This document shows positions 58,127 through 64,000 of a DNA stretch of 64,000 bases, one piece after another (within the stretch, counting starts at the first letter, position 1; each line of letters begins with the position of its first letter). The position numbers and the translations under genes are program-made. The stretch is from Chrysomallon squamiferum. Lineage: Eukaryota > Animalia > Mollusca. The stretch lies in contig CM022670.1 in the NCBI GenBank assembly GCA_012295275.1, positions 28,954,001-29,018,000 of the forward strand, given 5' to 3'. Below the pieces are notes generated by a model, which was not told the origin of the DNA, did not search any database, and saw only the letters and a list, made by a program, of their open reading frames with translations.

Positions 58127-58582
58127 TCATACTCTAATCTCAACTTCACAACAAGGGTCATGAATACCGGAGTCAAAGGAATTTTGTTCCCCGTGACAAC
58201 TTTTATAAGAACTTCCGTTAACTAATATCTGAGTGTCCACAAATCGCTTCCCAGTTTCCATAAATTTACTTGTGTTCAAATTGAGGTTCAGTGCTTGGTC
58301 TGAAGAATGAACGAAGCCGTGATCGGTGCTGCTGTCGTCGCTACCAAACCGCTTGTTCTTTGATGACTGTAGGGATAGACTAGATGGTGTCGGGTATTTA
58401 GCGGGGACGTCGCTGTCAGAATCGTACATTTCCGTCTCGGAAACTGACCAATCGCTGCCTTCGCAGGAACTTGACCCTAGTGAACTGTAGTAGTATTTGC
58501 GTTGCCATTTCAGATCTTCGATACTTTCATTCAACGTCAGAAGTTGTTTCATCAGAGAGAGGTCCTGGTCCATTAAAGAAGC
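58127..58582 (-). CDS. LURAP1-like: Terminal coding exon of second LURAP1/FAM89-family adaptor, paralog B (151 aa + stop; 5' exon not seen in window)
   Basis: Acceptor TGTTTTTGCAG|GCT at 58583/58582, same codon position and phase as paralog A. Encodes ASLMDQDLSLMKQLLTLNESIEDLKW, shares KYP[ST]PSSLSL and DSGIH[DE] with A, and ends VEIRV-stop. The track start (58588) is an intronic TTG. Confidence 0.88.
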   Translation of the reverse strand, partial: ASLMDQDLSLMKQLLTLNESIEDLKWQRKYYYSSLGSSSCEGSDWSVSETEMYDSDSDVPAKYPTPSSLSLQSSKNKRFGSDDSSTDHGFVHSSDQALNLNLNTSKFMETGKRFVDTQILVNGSSYKSCHGEQNSFDSGIHDPCCEVEIRV

Positions 58583-59685
58583 CTGCAAAAACAGTGAATA
58601 AAATCATGATTGAAATCATTTCCGTACATTCAAAACTCAAATCTAAGTATGATTTAGCAAAACTATAAACATGTACCATACAATCAATGCTGCAGTTAAA
58701 TTCTGTAATAAAAAAAAGTATCCCACAGTTAAGATACTTATTTTGAACTGTATTTTTATTTTCTGACTGTATTTCGTTTTATTTAACTTTTTAACTCTTG
58801 TTTTGTTTTGTTGAGTTTGAACGGGGGGGTTGGTTTGCTTTTTTGTAGTTGTTTATAATGTACACTTCAACAAAATGTATGCATATAGGAACAACACATT
58901 TTATTCAAAATAGAAATTATTACTCGAATAATTAGCCATGGAAAATCTTTTAGTTGCGAGTAAAACGATAATTATAAGAAGAATTTTAATTTAAAATTTA
59001 CGTTTAATTAATAGTTTTCTCAATTCTCGACGTTTTAAAATTCATTCCTGCTTTATCTTAAGTCATCATACAAAGATGATAAAAAAAAACCTGGGCCTAC
59101 AGAATCTGATAAAAAATAATAAAACTCTGATAAAATCTTTTTGTAAAGAACAAAATCTCAAAAGCCACAAATAATCCAGTAATCAGTTAATCAGCGTACA
59201 CTTTAGACCGAAGTCCTTTCGTGATTTGTGTTAAAATTAAGCTCTCAGAATGAGGCGTGCTGTCGTTACCCGTGGAGAAGACACAAACACAAACACAGAC
59301 ATGAATCATCATGAAGAAAGTTAAACATACTTTTAATTTACAGTACACATAGAGGCGTTTTGTTGTTGTTGTTGATGTTGTGTTTTTGTTCAACAAAGCT
59401 CAAACTGTGACTTGAATCAAGGCATAGATGATTGTCACTTTCTTGGAATGACTATACATTTTAGATTAATTCAGACATTGTCTTTCTCTTTCGATAACTT
59501 TTCTGTGTCTGTCTGTCTGTCTCAACTAAACAAAGGCAGCCAATAACATAAAGTCACTGATTCTTTTAGTTTTTCTTCTCTTCCTTTCTTTATTCTGTCT
59601 TCGTTTATTTTGCTCTATATATACACATATCTATTTACTTATATTTACATACTAGTTTTAATACTTTGCATATACGTATGCTTTA

Positions 59686-59717
<32 letters not shown>

Positions 59718-60125
59718 TACATACATTTGTATTTGTATATATATATATCACAGTTATACATATATGTTTATACACACACACACACACATGCAAATGTTAC
59801 GTATAAGTGGTAAAAAAGTTATATTTTTAAAACAGTTCTACTCGCAAGATAAGAGAATCCCGAGCAATGAGAGAGGTGTTATCTAAAATTGGTTGACGTA
59901 GTCTTACATTCCACTGTTAGATAAGTGTGAGTCGCGGTTACACTAAGTTTAATAACATTACATTCCATCCTTATCTTACCACTTGTATAAATACATATAT
60001 ATCTTCCTAAAACAGGTGCCTCTGAAAGAACCAGTGACACCGTTAGATAACACACTAGTATGAATGTCTGAATGATAAACGAGCAATGTTTTATTCTGGT
60101 GAAGGGAGCGGAATGTAGCAGAATA

Positions 60126-60371
60126 TAAATTGTTGCAGGATTAGTCTTAAATTCAATCGTGCATCAGCTCATTTCCCGTTCTAACCATTATACTTTTTAT
60201 TGTCTATTAAATTGTTGCAGGATTAATCTTAAATTCAATCGTACATCAGCTCATTTCCCGTTCTAACCATTACACTTTTTATTGTCTATTAAATGGTTGC
60301 AGGATTAATCTTAAATTCAATCGTACATCAATATATTTTCCGTTCTAACAAATACACTTTCTATTGTAAAT
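60126..60371. repeat. 82-bp tandem repeat, three copies
   Basis: Units start TAAATTGTTGCAGGATT at 60126 and 60208, and TAAATGGTTGCAGGATT at 60290. Copies 1 and 2 are nearly identical; copy 3 is more diverged. Confidence 0.92.
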
Positions 60372-60700
60372 TAAAGGTTATGAAAAGTGCTTTCAGAATA
60401 TGTGTAATGTTTGAGGTGTCTGTAAACTTCTACACAGCTCAGAAATTAATTCAAGTATCAAGTTTTTTTCAATTCCAAACAGTGCCCCAATAATTATTTA
60501 TTAAAGATGATGGTAAGTTCTATCCTATTTAAGGGAAGGTGCATAACATATATCAGCAAAAAACTGTTACAGTCTATCATGCATCTAAGCCGAACAACAG
60601 AGAAAGAAAAACATAATAATAATTACAACAAAACAAACAAACAAACAAAATTTAAAAAAATAAACAGTAAAAAAAATAAATGAAAATATAGAATAAAACC

Positions 60701-60812
<112 letters not shown>

Positions 60813-63551
60813 CACACAGATCACTTCCTTGTATAACGTTCTACATTGGGTATGCGTTTAATTACAATGTCATAATGTTCCGTATTCAGACTTCTATATT
60901 CAAAATGTGTGACATCAGATACTACCGCATATGCTGTAACTCAGGAATGTATAGAGATGTTGTATTATACGTCGAATTTGACAGCTAGAACTTAGAAGCA
61001 ACCAAGAGATACATGAATATCCAAACTGACGAAACGTCTTGTCATCTCCTAGATTCAGCGGTTGAATTTCATGATCGAAGTTGTAATAATGTTGACGGGA
61101 AATGAAATTATGTAGTTGCGAAATACATTATTGTAGGTGGATAATGTAACAATTTTTTCCTTTTTTTTACAGACAAGAACTCCAAATTTCAGTGTTAAAT
61201 ATTTTTGTATATTGTAACTGCTTAAACCATAGACTTATTTGGTTTCCTTATACATTTTATTTTTAATTTTTTGTTTTATTATTGTTGCGTGTAGTTACTC
61301 TGTCTCATACAGTTTTTTCTATATTTAATCAGTAATAATTACAAAATGAAGTCATTATTATTATTATTATTTCTTTACATTTTCATGTCACATTTATTAA
61401 ATAACTATTAGAACCTAAATAAAATGGGCGTTAACGGAAACACAGCGACAGTAAATACACATCTGAACAAATTACTGACACTCAATTACATTCAGGAAAA
61501 ACTGACTAAAAGAAGAACATGTAAGAAAAACAGAGACATTTTCCATACCGGTTTGCTCTTTGTTATAAGATAAATCATTTAACGTGGGATTTATTTTATG
61601 TTTATTTTGTTTAAACATTCAATAAAATAAAGTGGTTCGGCACCGTCAATTACGGTAACAGTCAACTTTTTATTAACAGCAACAATCAAATACGTCAAAC
61701 TGTTTATATATTCAGATACAACTAAACGTGATTACTTTTCCCAGGAATACTTCCATTTATACAGTAGTTACATTTCCTTCTTGTATGGTCTTCATACGTC
61801 ACCAACTATGATATTTAACCTTATATAGACAGTAGATATAAATGTCGTTTACAACGGGTGTTTAAATTCTATGTGATAAATTTCAATATGTAAACATTGT
61901 GACTCATCATTTACTGGTTGATACCTGCTAAAGCAATAATGTTTTCAGTGACTCATCGTTACAACGGTGTTGTCAAATAAATAAATACCTATCGAACATT
62001 TACGTACGCATGTACTGGCTATACAAAATGAGTACTTAGCGATGTTTTGTGCAAAACGAGTGTATTTGTTTATGAGTATGTTTAGCTGTTTGTATGTACG
62101 TGTTCGAGAAGACGATTAGTGGATGCGCATGCAAACCGTCATAAGCACATACATATATACATACATACAAACATACATACATACATACATACATAGATAC
62201 ATATCTAGATACAAACGGACACACACACACACACACACACACATCACAAAACTTAAAAACACGTATTTACGACACTGTGTGTCACTAACACTATATTTAC
62301 CGGTACATACAATGACTACTGCTACTGACTGACGTTTCCCACGCACAGGGCCCGTGTTGCTTACGAGATTCTTGTGTTGAGAGTAACTTGTAATAAACTG
62401 TAACAACTGTTATTTACCGTTACACTACAAAGAAAAGAGGTGATCGTTGTACGTAATCACCGTTACGTTATGACATGTACCAATAGTATCTGGAGTGATC
62501 ATCGTAGTAAAATCACAGATAGTTAGTCTGTTAGAATAGCTTTTATATTGTTGTAAATCCGTTTTAACTACTGTGACACAATGCAGTACCGTATTGAGTA
62601 TAAGAAATAAAATCACAATCAAGTTAGTTTTAGAAAAGAAACTGTTCACCCACCGAGTAAAGCAAGACAAATGTTATAATTATTTTCATGCAGTGCCTCT
62701 GAGATTTTGAACAACAAAAGTGCCATTAGCATCAACACCACAGCTGCAATAACAACAACAACGACGACGAAGACAACAATATCACTAACAACAGTAACAA
62801 AAATTATTAATAATACAGCTACAGGTATTATGCATCCTCTTTCTATATTTATTTTCAACTGCACAGGGTTTCTCTATAACCTTAATGTAAGTTTAATGTT
62901 ATTCTGACCGTAGTCAACGTTTTTTTTATATACACTAAGCATTCGCTGTTTTTGTTTTTTTGTTCAGGTAAGTCAGATATTCTTAATCTCACTATATTAT
63001 TGCTACAGCATTTCATGTTATCATAACTTTTCAGTTCGTTCTTTCTCTCGCTTATTCAGTTATCCATTCGTTCAGTCGCTCATACAATCACCTACCCAGT
63101 CAGTCAATCAGTCAATACAATCTTCCTGTGTTTTATGGGGAATCTCATGGTCACTGTGACTTTCAGTTCTTTCACTCACTGACTCACTACATTTTCATCT
63201 CATGTCAGCGTGACATTATTTTATCTTTACCGCAAGCTGACCACAGAGTTTATTCCGCTCGCTATTTGAATATGCTAACAAATTCCGCGCTTGACATCCT
63301 CTGACCGTGGTGCTAATTCTAAAACGTATCAATCTTAATTTGAATCTATCAACAGCAGAAAGGTGATATACAGCGCCAGTTAATTGGTTTTACAACCACA
63401 AGCAATATATCATTAAAAAGTCTGGAGAGTGAAAAAAAAAAAAAAAAAAAAACACCGACAAAACACAGTTAATATATATATTAGAAAAACTTTGTGCAAG
63501 AAATTCTGTTAAAAAACTTCAAATGCGAAAATAACTGTAACTTTCATCACA

Positions 63552-63584
<33 letters not shown>

Positions 63585-64000
63585 TCATACCATTTGGGAG
63601 TGCAATCAGTAAGTTACACGGTAATAACAGCTTTCTGTCGAGAGAAGCCTACTGATAATTTGGTATTAATAAATAAACATTAGATAATAATCAACTGATA
63701 AAAACTCCCAAGGTACAAACTCAGAGTCACAAAATGGAGTTCTGTTAATATGAATAGTTTTCTTACAAGCTGAGACGTTTAGTCTGAAGAAACTAAGCAA
63801 GAAATCCCATCTGGGCACTCATTAAAGTATTTATCATATATATTGCATTTATTTATTACACTCAAACACACACACACACATATATATATTTATATACGGC
63901 ATACATCTTTTAAGCAAACAAACATACGCAAACAGATACGTAATTCGATACAACCATATGCATCTATAAAATTAATAACAACAACTACAACATAACCACC

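Noticed and set aside
58127-58582. Paralog B as a haplotype or assembly duplicate of paralog A
   Set aside because: Extensive synonymous divergence and unalignable tails and flanks indicate an old paralog.

Overview
AT-rich, microsatellite-dense eukaryotic genomic DNA, most consistent with an invertebrate animal and probably a lophotrochozoan or mollusc (inference from repeat content and protein families). It contains one 200-N scaffold gap (44238-44437). Nearly all ORFs in the supplied track are simple-repeat artefacts. Three credible protein-coding units are present, all on the minus strand. (1) A class A GPCR of the FMRFamide-receptor-like type with an intronless CDS (7812-8933). (2) A complete two-exon LURAP1/FAM89-family leucine-rich adaptor gene (exon 1 CDS 26732-26962, 11.9-kb phase-0 intron, exon 2 CDS 14394-14810; 215 aa). 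(3) The terminal coding exon of a second, old tandem paralog (58127-58582), whose first exon is not visible and probably lies beyond the window. The most interesting signal is in the otherwise divergent tails of the two adaptors: both keep a beta-catenin/YAP-like phosphodegron (S-[YF]-DSGIH-[DE]), a shared KYP[ST]PSSLSL motif and a C-terminal PDZ-ligand-like end. Non-coding features include a 28-bp minisatellite, an 82-bp triple repeat, a local duplication of about 0.7 kb, a MITE-like element and a candidate TATA/AP-1/CCAAT promoter.
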